Shown here: one piece after another, positions 12,987 to 25,090 of the stretch | Layout of the letters: the number at the start of each line of letters is the position of its first letter | How positions within the stretch are numbered: the stretch's first letter is position 1 | Origin: Escherichia phage vB_VIPECOMC06 | DNA length: 64,000 bases | Strand: one strand, 5' to 3' | Sequence record: PQ416618.1 | Program-made: the position numbers and the translations under genes | Notes under the pieces: model-generated | What the model was told of the DNA's origin: nothing | Database searches by the model: none | What the model saw: only the letters and a program-made list of their open reading frames with translations

Positions 12987-15900
12987 CTAATTTAACCTGC
13001 GGTGGATTCACGGGGTCTCTTGGATTTCCTACATTATCGATTAACCGTTGTTCAACCAAATCTCTAAATCTAGAGAATGTTGTTCCGGACGCATCAAATA
13101 ATGGGCTCATCAGTTTACGTCGTTCCGATGGAAGTTGACCTTGAAATATGGAGTTATTGTTTTCAGCGTTATAATCTTCAGGCAATGGATAATCTTGGCC
13201 AGCCATAGGGCCTATTTCATATATCGCTTCACCTGTAATAGGGTCAAACTCAACATTTCCTTGTGGGTCTAATTTAGCCACTCGGTCTGCATATTTAGTC
13301 GGTAATCCAGAATCCCACTTATAGTTTTTGTATTTATTAATAATGGTTTCAACATGTTTAAGTGTTAATCCAGTGTTAATAAACATTGTGAGAAGGGTAA
13401 TTGCGATAAATCCAAATCCAACCGGATGAACAAAACGTAATACGTCTGATTTCCAACGAGATGATGGAAGTTTAGATTTAATCTTCATTACGTAGTATGC
13501 TCTACCACGATTTATGTAATCGATGTTGTTCTGAGAAAGCTCTTTACCTTTAATACCACGAACAATTTCACCTTCAAAACCAGGGAGTCTTTCAGCTTTA
13601 ACTTCCTGTCCTTGAATTAAACGACCTAAGAGGTTGTGAATTGTTACAGCCCATTGTAATTTACCTTTAGAGTAACTTCTCTCGATATACGTCACATTAC
13701 AACGTCCTGTAGCGGTGTATATGGTTTGTCCGACCAAATCTTCTGTCAACGAATCAGATTCAATGATGATATCATATTCGGTCCCGGAACTAGATTCAAT
13801 TTCAATTTCAACATCTTCATTATAAAGCACTTTAAACAAAAATTTATATGATGCTTCAGTTCCTTTAGTTGAATAGAAGTCATAACTTCTTGATTCAAAG
13901 AAACGAGACACTAAATCGCGTTTTTCGGCGTTTAAGTAAATGTTTCGTTTATAAATCTCAGACCATAAATATTCCCACGCATGCTCTTCGCGCGGATATT
14001 GATTTTTAATAAGATTTAAAAGGTTGTTATAATGGGTCCCATAGCCGTCAGAAAGATACTGAATATAAGCCTCGCAGAATGCTTCGAAGTTTGTATTATC
14101 TAAAAGATAAGACTCCGGCATCATTGTAGTGAGCAATGGACGTAAATCTGGGTCCGCAATACCATTCTCTTCAACAGGGGACCATGTGGTATCTTTTTCT
14201 TGGTTTTGTAACGATGCTGTTAAGAATACATTAGTAGGCTTCCAAATTATAGAAACATTATCTCTAACACGGTAACTAAAATCATAATAAGAAATAATCT
14301 CACCTGATGCTTTATAGAAAATCATGCCGGATGCATATTTTTTAAATCCGGTGAAATCTACGTTAGGCATCACTATTGTACAGTCACCGTCCTTCCAATA
14401 TTCATGAACTTCACGGTCTGGAGAACTAAGTGGATGACTCTCAATAACCTTAGTGTAAAGTAAATCAGAATAAATTACAACGGCCTTGTCTGAGTTATTA
14501 ATCCAACAACGAGTACCAGACTTTCTAGAATAACTAAAGAACGGCTCAGCATAGTATTCCATCGGTTGAGGAGTGAACGATTCCCATTGAGAGTCTTCGG
14601 TTGAAATAAATGACATCATATGATAATGTTTATCAGCCAACCATTCGCTAGGATACTCATATTTAACAGCACCGATTAAACCGTACTTGGCTTGTGTTTT
14701 TGGGTCATCAACAATATCTGATTCTAAAAATTTAAAATTACTAGATGAAATAGATAACTCAACACCATCAGTAGACATACTGGTGTACCCTGGTTCAATA
14801 CGACGGCGTTCTTCTTCAGTATTACCAAACACGCGTTTAAATGTGCCAGCATCATGGTCTAGAACGTAAACACCCTTATCAGCAGAATCAACAATAGGAG
14901 TGGTCCTCGGGTCGTCATTAAGATTAACAACTTCACCGATAATCAGTGCAAATATTTTACCACCAACAGAATCCATTTTATAGCAAACTGCCTTAGGGTT
15001 ACCTGTGATGTTAAATGTTTCTTGTTCAAACAAACGTTCGGAATATGTCGGAGATAATGGGTCTGAATCAATAGGGGCATTACTAGTTTTAATAAAACGA
15101 ACTTTATCTCGAGCAGCAACGTATACATAATCGTAATTGCAAACGATAGCTTCTGCAATACGTGATACGTTAGCAGGTAATGATGCATAGTTACCAAATA
15201 TTTCTACATCAAATCCTAAATTTAACTGGTCACCGATTTTAGCAAATGTTATATCTTGAGAACTAAATCTCACATCATCAGCGGACCAACGAACGTCTGT
15301 TGATTTACGGCCGTAAAATAATTTATCATACCCAAGAACATACGTGGTGTGATTTGTCTGGTAATACACTGTTCTTGATACAGGGTACCCTACACGGTCA
15401 TTAAACAATTTAACCGATTTCCAGGTTTGTCCCTTATCATTAGAGACTTTAACCACAGGCTGATACCGTTCAAACAAATAAAGAATTCCTTCGGATTCCA
15501 TCAAATAAACACGGTTTATATCATGACACACCTGTTGAATCGAACCTTGAATTTCATGATACTCATTTTCGCCAATAATGAAATTTTTAATAGATGAAAT
15601 ATCCGCATAAGCAGGGCTAAATTGGAACGATTCATTCATTAGAGCGGCCATTATAGTGTCATTATTAAAATCGACATAAGCCATGTTGTTATTTGTAAAT
15701 TTTTCTCTAATAAAAGTGTTAGCCAATTGCATTTCAATCATATGTTGAAATGTATAAGCGTTGGTCTGAAATGATTCAAATATTTCGGTATATACCCAAT
15801 CAGATCTCTCGAAGCCTTCGGCGGCAGTTGATACACGAATAATATAAGAAGTTAATGGGTCTAAGCTATTTTCGAACCAGTCGCTATTAGGAGTATATCC

Positions 15901-16077
15901 TAAATTTACCCATCTGTAGCTGGCAGGGGGAATTATTTCCCCGTCTGCCGTTTTAGTCTCAGCGATTTCTACGAAATAGTAGAAATTAGCACCAACGTCA
16001 TCCCAGCGTATTTGAACTTGGTTAGCGGACAACTTGGATATTCTGAGACTTGTGACTGCTGGCGCTTTTACTGTCAT
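12979..16077 (-). CDS. 7: Baseplate wedge initiator gp7
   Basis: 1032 aa, identical length to T4 gp7; synteny. Confidence 0.9.
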   Translation of the reverse strand: MTVKAPAVTSLRISKLSANQVQIRWDDVGANFYYFVEIAETKTADGEIIPPASYRWVNLGYTPNSDWFENSLDPLTSYIIRVSTAAEGFERSDWVYTEIFESFQTNAYTFQHMIEMQLANTFIREKFTNNNMAYVDFNNDTIMAALMNESFQFSPAYADISSIKNFIIGENEYHEIQGSIQQVCHDINRVYLMESEGILYLFERYQPVVKVSNDKGQTWKSVKLFNDRVGYPVSRTVYYQTNHTTYVLGYDKLFYGRKSTDVRWSADDVRFSSQDITFAKIGDQLNLGFDVEIFGNYASLPANVSRIAEAIVCNYDYVYVAARDKVRFIKTSNAPIDSDPLSPTYSERLFEQETFNITGNPKAVCYKMDSVGGKIFALIIGEVVNLNDDPRTTPIVDSADKGVYVLDHDAGTFKRVFGNTEEERRRIEPGYTSMSTDGVELSISSSNFKFLESDIVDDPKTQAKYGLIGAVKYEYPSEWLADKHYHMMSFISTEDSQWESFTPQPMEYYAEPFFSYSRKSGTRCWINNSDKAVVIYSDLLYTKVIESHPLSSPDREVHEYWKDGDCTIVMPNVDFTGFKKYASGMIFYKASGEIISYYDFSYRVRDNVSIIWKPTNVFLTASLQNQEKDTTWSPVEENGIADPDLRPLLTTMMPESYLLDNTNFEAFCEAYIQYLSDGYGTHYNNLLNLIKNQYPREEHAWEYLWSEIYKRNIYLNAEKRDLVSRFFESRSYDFYSTKGTEASYKFLFKVLYNEDVEIEIESSSGTEYDIIIESDSLTEDLVGQTIYTATGRCNVTYIERSYSKGKLQWAVTIHNLLGRLIQGQEVKAERLPGFEGEIVRGIKGKELSQNNIDYINRGRAYYVMKIKSKLPSSRWKSDVLRFVHPVGFGFIAITLLTMFINTGLTLKHVETIINKYKNYKWDSGLPTKYADRVAKLDPQGNVEFDPITGEAIYEIGPMAGQDYPLPEDYNAENNNSIFQGQLPSERRKLMSPLFDASGTTFSRFRDLVEQRLIDNVGNPRDPVNPPQVKLDE

Positions 16078-18047
16078 TGTGAAATAGGCTCCAAATCTAT
16101 AGTTAAGTACTGAGGACGTAAGTCATTTTCGAATACGATTAAAGAACCATCCTTTGTAAAAATAATATCATCTGCAGGGTCGGAATAAAGTTCAATTGTT
16201 TGAACTTCAAAACGGTCTGAAGTGAGGTCAATTTTAGCAATGTTCCAATAAATCGAATCGGCAGGATAATTCACTTCACCAATTGAATAGTATTTGTTTC
16301 GTCCGTCAGTAACAGTAAGTTTATTAAAATCATTACCTGTATAAGGTTGTATATTTTCGTTTTCAACAACATCACCGTCTGCAAATGGACCAATAATAAC
16401 TTGACCTATGCCACGGTCATTACGGTCCGAAGATACTATGCGAACACCATATTTAATAGTTTCGTTTGCATTTTCTGGATTAGGTCTGTGTGAATCAAAC
16501 GAGAATATATTAGATTCCATCGATCTATCTTTAATCTGATTATTGTATTTAATACCGGCCTCAGGCGTTTTATAGAAGTTTTGTACTTCGCGAACCATTT
16601 GAATAGTAGCTGAAGAACCAATAATAGAAATATCTGCATCATCGACATAAGTTAGCATTTTAGATTTTGCAAATGATGAGTTAAAAATTTCTACATCTTC
16701 AATATAATAACGGTCTATTTTATTAATAATCTGCCCTTCAAGATATTGTTCTGATTCTTGGAGTTTATTCAACGCGTACGTAACTTTGATATTCATTTTG
16801 ATAAACAAATAATCAGGCGAAATAACAACAGGTGTAATAGTCCCTAAGTTATAATCATTTAAATAGTTTTTGATATCATCACGTTGAACAGAAGTCAAAT
16901 ACAACCCAGACTTAGGTTTAGCAGCAATAAATGCGTACCCTGGTTTAGATGAATCTGTGAATGTTTGAACCGCTTGAATAATAGAACCAAACCGCTCAGA
17001 GACGAATGTGTCATAGTCGGAAGCTGTTACACAACGTTGTTGAGTTTCGCGTTTAATTGTGCCTAATTCGCGGATACGTTCAATATCTTCAGGGTCGCCA
17101 CCACCATCAGCCCCAACAAAGTCTGGGTTATTGCTAGGATTCTCGTTAATACCGATTACCGTGATATTAGCTAATGTATCAGCATAAGAAAATCCTACAG
17201 CACCGTTAGCATCTGCGCCGTTAGTAGAAATATACTCAATTACGATTTTAGAACCCTGAACAGGTTTAAGGCCGCCGATGTAGTTAGATGTTAACGCACC
17301 TTCTGATGTGTTAATAGAGATTTCGCCTTCACCAAAATAAAATTCGGTGTTCCCATCAACTGTTTCACGCATATAATAGATTGTTGACGTAGAACCAGCG
17401 TGAACCATCGACTTACGAGTCCAGTTAATCCATTCTGCTCCGTCAACATACAACTTAACCAAATTACGGTCAATATTCTTATCACGAATAATGATAGGTT
17501 TTAATCTATCAAATGTTAATTCAGTGCGAACAATACGGCCCTGAGCTAATCGAAGACGTGGAAAATATTGGTTATTTTTGTCTTTAACTACAATGACATC
17601 TTCAGTAGAAACAAAGTTATACGGGTTAACAGAAGTATCTTTAGCGTATGCTAAGAAACGAGTGCCACGTGGAATGGTGATATAGTTTCTATTTAATGCA
17701 TCCGTACATGTGAGCATAATTTCTGTTTGTGCTGCTGATTTAGATGAAGGCAGATATCCGTTATCTTGAGCCGCTTGTACAACAGAACTACGCAAGTTTG
17801 CAGTACGCATAAAACTTTCATACACTGCACTATTACTGAACTGTTGGATGTAAAGAGTGTTATATGCTAAAAGGTCACATAATACGTTTAAACGCGAACC
17901 TTCAAAATCATAATCAAGAAATTCATTCTGTCCATTGAGCCATTCGATAATGTTCTGTTTGATTTCGGCAAATGTGCCCCCGATAAAAATCTCGGGAATA
18001 GCATTCGCTGTTCGGGTTAATTGATAATTTACAGGAGTGTTTGCCAT
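16074..18047 (-). CDS. 6: Baseplate wedge protein gp6
   Basis: Start set at Met of MANTPVNYQLTRTANAIPEIFIGG (657 aa; T4 gp6 ~660 aa); ORF-track start 19 codons upstream is probably a spurious extension. Confidence 0.88.
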   Translation of the reverse strand: MANTPVNYQLTRTANAIPEIFIGGTFAEIKQNIIEWLNGQNEFLDYDFEGSRLNVLCDLLAYNTLYIQQFSNSAVYESFMRTANLRSSVVQAAQDNGYLPSSKSAAQTEIMLTCTDALNRNYITIPRGTRFLAYAKDTSVNPYNFVSTEDVIVVKDKNNQYFPRLRLAQGRIVRTELTFDRLKPIIIRDKNIDRNLVKLYVDGAEWINWTRKSMVHAGSTSTIYYMRETVDGNTEFYFGEGEISINTSEGALTSNYIGGLKPVQGSKIVIEYISTNGADANGAVGFSYADTLANITVIGINENPSNNPDFVGADGGGDPEDIERIRELGTIKRETQQRCVTASDYDTFVSERFGSIIQAVQTFTDSSKPGYAFIAAKPKSGLYLTSVQRDDIKNYLNDYNLGTITPVVISPDYLFIKMNIKVTYALNKLQESEQYLEGQIINKIDRYYIEDVEIFNSSFAKSKMLTYVDDADISIIGSSATIQMVREVQNFYKTPEAGIKYNNQIKDRSMESNIFSFDSHRPNPENANETIKYGVRIVSSDRNDRGIGQVIIGPFADGDVVENENIQPYTGNDFNKLTVTDGRNKYYSIGEVNYPADSIYWNIAKIDLTSDRFEVQTIELYSDPADDIIFTKDGSLIVFENDLRPQYLTIDLEPISQ

Positions 18048-18055
18048 TTTAATTC

Positions 18056-18349
18056 CTATTTTATAAAGACTTTTGACGAGGCCTGAGAAACAGTATCCCC
18101 GCATGAAATTGGGTCAGCCATTTGAACAGCCTTTTTACCGGTGACGTATACTTTAGATGTACGAGGTTCAGTAACACCTCCATGAGTCTCGTATGGTTTT
18201 TTAATTTCTGTATGAGGTGTTATTTGGTCTCCTGCCACAAGAACAGGAATACCACCGGTGAATACTTTAGATTGGGAAGCATTTATTACAGTAGGAGGCC
18301 ATGCTTCATGACCTGTTGTAACGCACTTGTCGTAACTTAAGCCAGACAT
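18056..18349 (-). CDS. 5.4: gp5.4 PAAR-repeat spike tip protein
   Basis: 97 aa from Met MSGLSYDKC (T4 gp5.4 is 97 aa); position between 5.1 and 6. Confidence 0.75.
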   Translation of the reverse strand: MSGLSYDKCVTTGHEAWPPTVINASQSKVFTGGIPVLVAGDQITPHTEIKKPYETHGGVTEPRTSKVYVTGKKAVQMADPISCGDTVSQASSKVFIK

Positions 18350-18351
18350 TT

Positions 18352-18867
18352 TCACGGCCTCACATAAACATAGTTTCGTAATTGTTGAGCCCATTTGCTC
18401 CAATTTCCTACTATAGTTTTTGTATAAACCTTAGTAAGAGTTTTTTGTACTGGAGCCGGTGGAGGTTCTGTACCAGAGGCACTTCTAGAATCGCCTGATG
18501 AACTTTCTTCTTGGTAGTTATAAATCATTTCAACCGTATAACTAAACACTTTACGAAGATTCTGAGGAGCTCTCCACAAATATAACTGTGTGGATTCATC
18601 TTTTGGTAAATCATCCCATGAAGATGCGGTTTCAAAATCATCATTTAATCGATATTTCAATGCATCTGAAGAAAAGCTAAACACGCTTTCATATGTTCCA
18701 TATAAACGATTACCATCTACCGTAATGCCTTGTGTCGGTTCATAATCTGTTATATTTATTGACACTAAAGTTTCGGTTGTTTCTAACTGTGGAGTAAAAA
18801 GGACGTCAATAGACGCCCCTTCCATGTCTTCTCCTAAGTCGGTATTTAAAGGAAGTATTTGTGCCAT
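18352..18867 (-). CDS. 5.1: gp5.1-like protein
   Basis: 171 aa ORF immediately downstream of gene 5, as in T4. Confidence 0.6.
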   Translation of the reverse strand: MAQILPLNTDLGEDMEGASIDVLFTPQLETTETLVSINITDYEPTQGITVDGNRLYGTYESVFSFSSDALKYRLNDDFETASSWDDLPKDESTQLYLWRAPQNLRKVFSYTVEMIYNYQEESSSGDSRSASGTEPPPAPVQKTLTKVYTKTIVGNWSKWAQQLRNYVYVRP

Positions 18868-18870
18868 ATA

Positions 18871-20604
18871 TTACCCAATATCAATACGAGATCCGTCAAC
18901 AGTGTATTGTCCTGAAGCTACTGAGCTCATTGTAGACATTGTTTCTGCCCAATCCCCGGCAACAGTCATATCAACATTACCATTAACAGTCCATTTAACG
19001 TTTCCGTTGACGGTGTAATCATGATTCCCTTCGACCTGAGTTTTAGCATCACCTTTAACAAGAATATCTGCATTTCCGTCAATGACTATTTTGATATTGC
19101 CCTTAACGTAAAGAGTTCCATCGCCTTCAACAGTTTTAGTTTGGTTACCACGAATAAAGATTGTGTCATTGCCGTCTATTTGATGGAGGCGGTCTGCCAT
19201 GTTATAATATATTTCATTAGCACCAACGTTAACAAGTTTATCACCAGAAATCAAGAAGTTCCCATCGCCATTAGTGATGTCAAAAAGGTCTTCTACAGTT
19301 TTACGAGTACGTCGCCCAGACGGAGAAACTTCCTCATATGACCCTGTTGGATGAACTAAGCGATAACGTTCATTACCTGGAGTATCGTCAAATTCTTGGA
19401 TATGACCACTTTCTGTTTCCATAGCATGAACGTATGGATACTCACCACGATAACTTGATTCCGGTTCTTTAAAAAGGATGCGTGAATCTAACGGAACAGG
19501 AGGACCAGCCGGGTCTTCTGGATCGGTATTTCTAGTAACTAAATCAGCACCAACTCCTGGTGAAGGTGGTGTTTTAACAGGAACGCCATATGATTCCATG
19601 TTACCAGTTAAAATAATTGTTGTTACACGTGAAGCACGCCCTTTAGTCTGTTGGAACCATAACGAATCACGCCCAGATTTGTATGCGGTTTTCCAATCGC
19701 CTGTGGCCATTGCTTTAAGCATAGTATTGAATTTTGCTACACCGCCGACGCCCATCTGGAAGCACATGTTTTCTAATGCCATTTGGCGAGATCTGTTCAT
19801 TTTAGCATAAACAGGACCTACTTTAGAATTAGAACGAATGTCTTTCTGCATCTTAGCAAGGTCCTTCTCAAATAACGCTGTTGCTTCTTCTAATGTAATA
19901 GTTCCCGGATTTCCTGTTACTTCACGCCCTACTTGATCAGATAACAATTTATTAATTCGAGACATATCTCGGGTCTTTTCCATTACGATAAGGTGTCCAA
20001 TACCTACTGTAGGATATCCGAGATGGTCCCAATACACTTTATCACGAAGACCTTCGTCACGACGTAACATTTCTGTTATTGTAAAATTAGGGTCATCATC
20101 TTCTGGAATATTTGCTAAATCTGTATCGTCTGGGTTTATACCATAATCCAAGTTGTTATCTTGAATTACGTTAGAGTTCGAATAATAACCAGCTTCACCA
20201 CCTTGGTTTAGTACGTTCGTATCATTACCTAAACGTCGCGGATACTGGCCTGTCGGGTCTGAAAAACCTTCAAGTCTATTAGGCTTTTCACGTACTATTC
20301 CGCCATATGTACCAAGTACAATCCCGTTTGTTTTCCATTTGTCTAAGAAATGACCATATACTCGAGTTCCTTCAACAGGACCTGTAACAGAACCACCAAT
20401 ACCTGACATTGATGCAGACGTAATAGGTTGAATAACAGTCATCCATGGAAGTTTTTCTGTAGGAATACCTTGTACATCACCTTGTGTTCTCTGCGCTGGA
20501 TGAAGACCAACGACTCGAACTCGAACTCGCCCTTGTTTTAATGGGTCCATTCTGTCCTCGACAACACCCACGAACCAATTAAGGCTACTGCTAATCATTT
20601 CCAT
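18871..20604 (-). CDS. 5: Baseplate hub / cell-puncturing protein with lysozyme domain gp5
   Basis: 577 aa (T4 gp5 575 aa); internal T4-lysozyme-like motif LRRDEGLRDKVYWDHLGYPTVGIGHL; C-terminal VxGxxxxx beta-helix repeats. Confidence 0.92.
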   Translation of the reverse strand: MEMISSSLNWFVGVVEDRMDPLKQGRVRVRVVGLHPAQRTQGDVQGIPTEKLPWMTVIQPITSASMSGIGGSVTGPVEGTRVYGHFLDKWKTNGIVLGTYGGIVREKPNRLEGFSDPTGQYPRRLGNDTNVLNQGGEAGYYSNSNVIQDNNLDYGINPDDTDLANIPEDDDPNFTITEMLRRDEGLRDKVYWDHLGYPTVGIGHLIVMEKTRDMSRINKLLSDQVGREVTGNPGTITLEEATALFEKDLAKMQKDIRSNSKVGPVYAKMNRSRQMALENMCFQMGVGGVAKFNTMLKAMATGDWKTAYKSGRDSLWFQQTKGRASRVTTIILTGNMESYGVPVKTPPSPGVGADLVTRNTDPEDPAGPPVPLDSRILFKEPESSYRGEYPYVHAMETESGHIQEFDDTPGNERYRLVHPTGSYEEVSPSGRRTRKTVEDLFDITNGDGNFLISGDKLVNVGANEIYYNMADRLHQIDGNDTIFIRGNQTKTVEGDGTLYVKGNIKIVIDGNADILVKGDAKTQVEGNHDYTVNGNVKWTVNGNVDMTVAGDWAETMSTMSSVASGQYTVDGSRIDIG

Positions 20605-21179
20605 TATGCAATCTCCATCTCACGAATCAAATCTGTGATAAACGAGTTTATATCTTCTTTTGCAACAATTTTTATTTTACGAAGTTTTTCATTATCTAAT
20701 ACTGCCGCTTCATAAGTATCTACTGCAGCTAAAGGTCCTTTATATTGCGGATACTTACGAGCTTCATCACCCTTATCGTACCACACTAAAGGCTCGTCCG
20801 GATATGAAACCAAATTGTAAAATTTCTCATGATTTTCATTAATATGATAAAGAACTTGGTCGCCGCCAGCATTAGCATATTTCTGAATAGAAGCTTGATA
20901 CGCTGCTTCCTGAGATGTAATCCAACCATAATACGGATCATAGTTGTCATTACACATCAAAAGGACCCAGTATAATTGAGGGTTGCCATAAATTATGTTT
21001 GCCAGTTCTTCAGGACGCGGAGAGCCTTTAATATAATAAGAACGTAATCTATAATTGGCAGCAACACGCTTAAAGTACTCTTTATAGTTACGAAATATGT
21101 CTGTCATAGGAATAGTAGGTGCGTTCTTATTAACTGTTTTAGCACTATATCCTATTGGGTCGAAGAATGTAAATAACAA
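20604..21179 (-). CDS. 53: Baseplate wedge protein gp53
   Basis: 191 aa (T4 gp53 196 aa); adjacent to gene 5. Confidence 0.8.
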   Translation of the reverse strand: MLFTFFDPIGYSAKTVNKNAPTIPMTDIFRNYKEYFKRVAANYRLRSYYIKGSPRPEELANIIYGNPQLYWVLLMCNDNYDPYYGWITSQEAAYQASIQKYANAGGDQVLYHINENHEKFYNLVSYPDEPLVWYDKGDEARKYPQYKGPLAAVDTYEAAVLDNEKLRKIKIVAKEDINSFITDLIREMEIA

Positions 21180-21207
21180 GATAGTCTCCTTCCAATATGA
21201 AATTGGT

Positions 21208-21234
21208 ATAAATAATAATACTATTTATAAGGAG
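21208..21234. promoter_or_regulatory. Divergent T4-type late promoters (TATAAATA on both strands) in the 53/4 intergenic region
   Basis: ggTATAAATAat on the plus strand upstream of gene 4; actatttataagg on the plus strand (= TATAAATA on minus) upstream of gene 53. Confidence 0.6.
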
Positions 21235-21240
21235 GACAAC

Positions 21241-21690
21241 ATGGCCTACTCTGGTAAATGGGTCCCGAAAAATTTAAAAAAATACCGTGGAGACCATACC
21301 AAAATAACGTATCGTTCAAACTGGGAAAAATTCTTTTTCGAATGGTTAGATAAAAATCCAGAAATTATTGCATGGGGTAGTGAAACAGCAGTAATTCCAT
21401 ATTTTTGTAATGCCGAAGGTAAGAAACGTCGATACTATATGGACATATGGATGAAAGATGCATCAGGTCAAGAGTTCTTTGTAGAAATAAAACCAAAGAA
21501 AGAAACTCAACCACCTATTAAGCCTGCAAATCTTACTACTGCGGCAAAGAAGCGTTATATGAATGAAATATATACCTGGTCTGTGAACTGTGACAAATGG
21601 AAAGCTGCCTCAGCTGTTGCTGAAAAGAGAAATATAAAATTCCGAGTTCTAACCGAAGATGGTCTTAGAAAACTCGGATACAAGGGGTAA
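21241..21690 (+). CDS. 4: Head completion protein gp4
   Basis: 149 aa from [48 protein letters not shown] (T4 gp4 ~150 aa); AGGAG SD upstream. Confidence 0.85.
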   Translation: MAYSGKWVPKNLKKYRGDHTKITYRSNWEKFFFEWLDKNPEIIAWGSETAVIPYFCNAEGKKRRYYMDIWMKDASGQEFFVEIKPKKETQPPIKPANLTTAAKKRYMNEIYTWSVNCDKWKAASAVAEKRNIKFRVLTEDGLRKLGYKG

Positions 21691-21692
21691 TT

Positions 21693-22514
21693 ATGAGCAT
21701 ATTCCAAATTATATCTGAAGGCGTACAAGCCCCTAAGATTGCTCAGTCTGTGAATGAAAGAAAATGGATTGAGATAGGATTAGAATACAAGAAAGCTAAA
21801 GAGAAAGGAATTACTGCAAAAGCATTTGCAGAATCAAAAGGAATAAAATACTCGTCATTTACATCTGCAATGTCTAAATATGCATCATCTATTAAGACTG
21901 CACAGAAAATTGAAACGCTTGAATCTAAACCTAAAAATAAACTCAATAAGCAAGAACGTCAACTTCTGATGATAAACTCGTTTCGCAGTTCAATACGAGA
22001 AAAGATTAGAAATGAAGGCGCAGCAGTAAACAACAAATCATCTAAGTGGTTTGTTGAAACAATTAAGAAAAGTGTAAAAGGTCATAAAGTAGTCAAGCCT
22101 ACGCCAGGCAAAATTTATACTTACGTGTATGATGCTAAACATAAAGATACTCTGCCGTATTGGGACCGATATCCTTTGATTATTTATTTAGGATTAGGTA
22201 AACATAATTTGATGTATGGGTTAAACTTGCACTATATCCCACCTAAAGCACGACAACAGTTTCTTGAAGAATTGCTGAAGCAATATGCTAGCACAACTAC
22301 TATTACTAATAACACAAAGTTGAAGATAGACTGGAGCAAGGTGAAAGGATTTCAAGGTGCTGACAAAATGATTAAAGCATACCTGCCAGGCCACATTAGA
22401 GGAACAATAACAGAAATAGCTCCTAAAGACTGGGCTAACATAATCATGTTACCTACTCAGCAGTTTATGTCAAAAGGAAAACGTTTCTCTGCGAATACTG
22501 TTTGGAAATCTTAA
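21693..22514 (+). CDS. 2: DNA end protector protein gp2
   Basis: 273 aa (T4 gp2 274 aa); basic protein; synteny 4-2-3. Confidence 0.85.
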   Translation: MSIFQIISEGVQAPKIAQSVNERKWIEIGLEYKKAKEKGITAKAFAESKGIKYSSFTSAMSKYASSIKTAQKIETLESKPKNKLNKQERQLLMINSFRSSIREKIRNEGAAVNNKSSKWFVETIKKSVKGHKVVKPTPGKIYTYVYDAKHKDTLPYWDRYPLIIYLGLGKHNLMYGLNLHYIPPKARQQFLEELLKQYASTTTITNNTKLKIDWSKVKGFQGADKMIKAYLPGHIRGTITEIAPKDWANIIMLPTQQFMSKGKRFSANTVWKS

Positions 22515-22616
22515 TTCTATTCTCTTCCGTTATTCTGATATTCTGTTGAACCGGATTAATGGAAGAGACCTAAAACCATTATACTGCATTTTTATTAAAG
22601 CGTTTTTGAGGTGCTT

Positions 22617-23201
22617 ATGACTCGTCCAGCGAGACAGATTTTTAACCAAACAAATATAACAAACTTTGTTGTGGATATCCCGGATAGTACACGAACTTCA
22701 GGTTTTGTGCTCAATGCCCAAACGGCTCCATTGCCAGGTGTGAGAATTCCTGTTGTTGAAACTGTGACAGGCACAATGGGGCTAGGACGTGCAATGCGTG
22801 CAGGCACCACATTTGAATACGACCCTTTTGTTGTACGATTTATAGTTGATGAAGACATGACGTCCTGGATGAACATGTATAAATGGATGCTCAGCACTAA
22901 TAACTATATAACCGGACATAATACGGCCCACTCTGATGGTCCTGAGTTTGTTACTTTGCACATTTTAAACAACAATAAGACCGAAGTAGTTTTGACGGCA
23001 AATTTCTATAAACCATGGATTTCTGATTTGAGTGAAATTGAATTTAGTTACACTGAAGACTCTGACCCTGCCGTTACGTGCGTAGCAACTATTCACTACG
23101 CGTATATGACGATAGAAAAGGATGGTGAAGTCATTGTATCTCAACAACCACGTCAAGCGGTCGAATCTAAATCCATTTCTAGACACCCTTCCTTGCGTTA
23201 A
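22617..23201 (+). CDS. 3: Tail completion / tail tube terminator protein gp3
   Basis: ORF between genes 2 and 1; start chosen at the first ATG (MTRPARQ) with GAGGTG SD; 194 aa versus ~176 aa in T4, so the start is uncertain. Confidence 0.7.
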   Translation: MTRPARQIFNQTNITNFVVDIPDSTRTSGFVLNAQTAPLPGVRIPVVETVTGTMGLGRAMRAGTTFEYDPFVVRFIVDEDMTSWMNMYKWMLSTNNYITGHNTAHSDGPEFVTLHILNNNKTEVVLTANFYKPWISDLSEIEFSYTEDSDPAVTCVATIHYAYMTIEKDGEVIVSQQPRQAVESKSISRHPSLR

Positions 23202-23254
23202 TCGCTTCTAGCTCCGTATGTTATAATCACTCATAAATTATATGAGGAAAACCT

Positions 23255-23989
23255 ATGGAGCTAATCTTTTTAAGTGGCATCAAACGTAGTGGTAAAGACA
23301 CTACTGCTGATTACATCAATTCAAACTTTAAATCCGTAAAATACCAATTGGCATATCCGATTAAAGACGCTCTAGCAATAGCCTGGGGACGTAGACATGC
23401 TGAAAATCCTGATGTATTCACAGAGTTGAAATACGAATACTTTGAAGGCATTGGATACGACCGTGAAACACCATTAAATCTCAATAAGTTAGATGTTATT
23501 GAATTATTGGAAGAAGCGCTAATTTATTTGCAAAGTCAATATTTACCAATTAATAATGTTAAAGTATTATCATCGTTAGAAGGTGGATATTCGTATCTAG
23601 ATATTAAACCATATGAAGCCCTGCGTGAAGCTATAAATAATATCAACGACACATGGTCAATCCGCCGTCTTATGCAAGCCCTCGGTACGGATGTTGTCGT
23701 TAATTTATTTGACCGTATGTATTGGGTTAAACTTTTTGCATTAAACTATATGGATTATATTGGAAGTGATTTCGATTACTATGTTGTAACCGATACACGT
23801 CAAGTCCATGAAATGGAAACCGCTAGAGCGATGGGTGCTACAGTTATTCATGTGGTTCGCTCTGGTACGGAATCCACTGATAAACATATTACAGAAGCTG
23901 GGTTGCCTATTGAAGAAGGCGATTTAGTTATTACAAACGACGGCTCTTTAGAAGAGCTTTATTCTAAAATTGAAACAATCTTAAGGTAA
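23255..23989 (+). CDS. 1: Deoxynucleoside monophosphate kinase gp1
   Basis: 244 aa; MELIFLSGIKRSGKDTTADYI P-loop and ...AMGATVIHVVR...DLVITNDGSLEEL match T4 gp1 closely. Confidence 0.93.
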   Translation: MELIFLSGIKRSGKDTTADYINSNFKSVKYQLAYPIKDALAIAWGRRHAENPDVFTELKYEYFEGIGYDRETPLNLNKLDVIELLEEALIYLQSQYLPINNVKVLSSLEGGYSYLDIKPYEALREAINNINDTWSIRRLMQALGTDVVVNLFDRMYWVKLFALNYMDYIGSDFDYYVVTDTRQVHEMETARAMGATVIHVVRSGTESTDKHITEAGLPIEEGDLVITNDGSLEELYSKIETILR

Positions 23990-23993
23990 TAAA

Positions 23994-24679
<686 letters not shown>

Positions 24680-24691
24680 TTTCACAAAGTT

Positions 24692-24720
24692 ATTTACACG
24701 GGGTTTTAGTAGTGATACTA
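24692..24720 (+). promoter_or_regulatory. Early promoter/stem-loop cassette (aTTTAC -35, tagtgatactattaccctatc palindrome over -10)
   Basis: Sequence seen directly; same architecture recurs about 20 times in the window. Confidence 0.55.
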
Positions 24721-24757
24721 TTACCCTATCAAAACAAATGTGAAATTAGAGAATAAA

Positions 24758-25030
24758 ATGAAAACATTTAAAGAATTTATCAATGAAGCTGCTTTTAACG
24801 AAAAAGTAAAAATTAGCAAAGCTGTCAAGGCTTTGATTGATGACATCAATTACCTATATGATATTGATTTAACTGACTATGTAACAGTTGGTAACAAACG
24901 TAACTTTTTCGTGTTTGACATCTCTGAACTTGACCAGAATCAAATTAACAACATTGAGCGTTTTGCTAATGATAAGAGTCTTCGTCATGAGTCAGCGGGT
25001 TATAAAAAATACGCAATTTATTTAAAATGA
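24758..25030 (+). CDS. Internal-protein-like injected protein with capsid targeting sequence (IPI-position)
   Basis: Starts MKTFKEFINEA, the T4 internal-protein capsid-targeting-sequence signature (MKTYQEFIAE); located 3' of 57B where T4 has ipI. Confidence 0.7.
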   Translation: MKTFKEFINEAAFNEKVKISKAVKALIDDINYLYDIDLTDYVTVGNKRNFFVFDISELDQNQINNIERFANDKSLRHESAGYKKYAIYLK

Positions 25031-25060
25031 GTTTACTTTTAAATAGGGTTGTGGTACTAT
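25031..25060 (+). promoter_or_regulatory. Early promoter cassette (GTTTAC -35, 18-nt spacer, TACTAT -10)
   Basis: gtttacttttaaatagggttgtggtactat upstream of the 25091 ORF. Confidence 0.55.
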
Positions 25061-25090
25061 TATCTCATCAAAATTAATTAGGAAAATAAA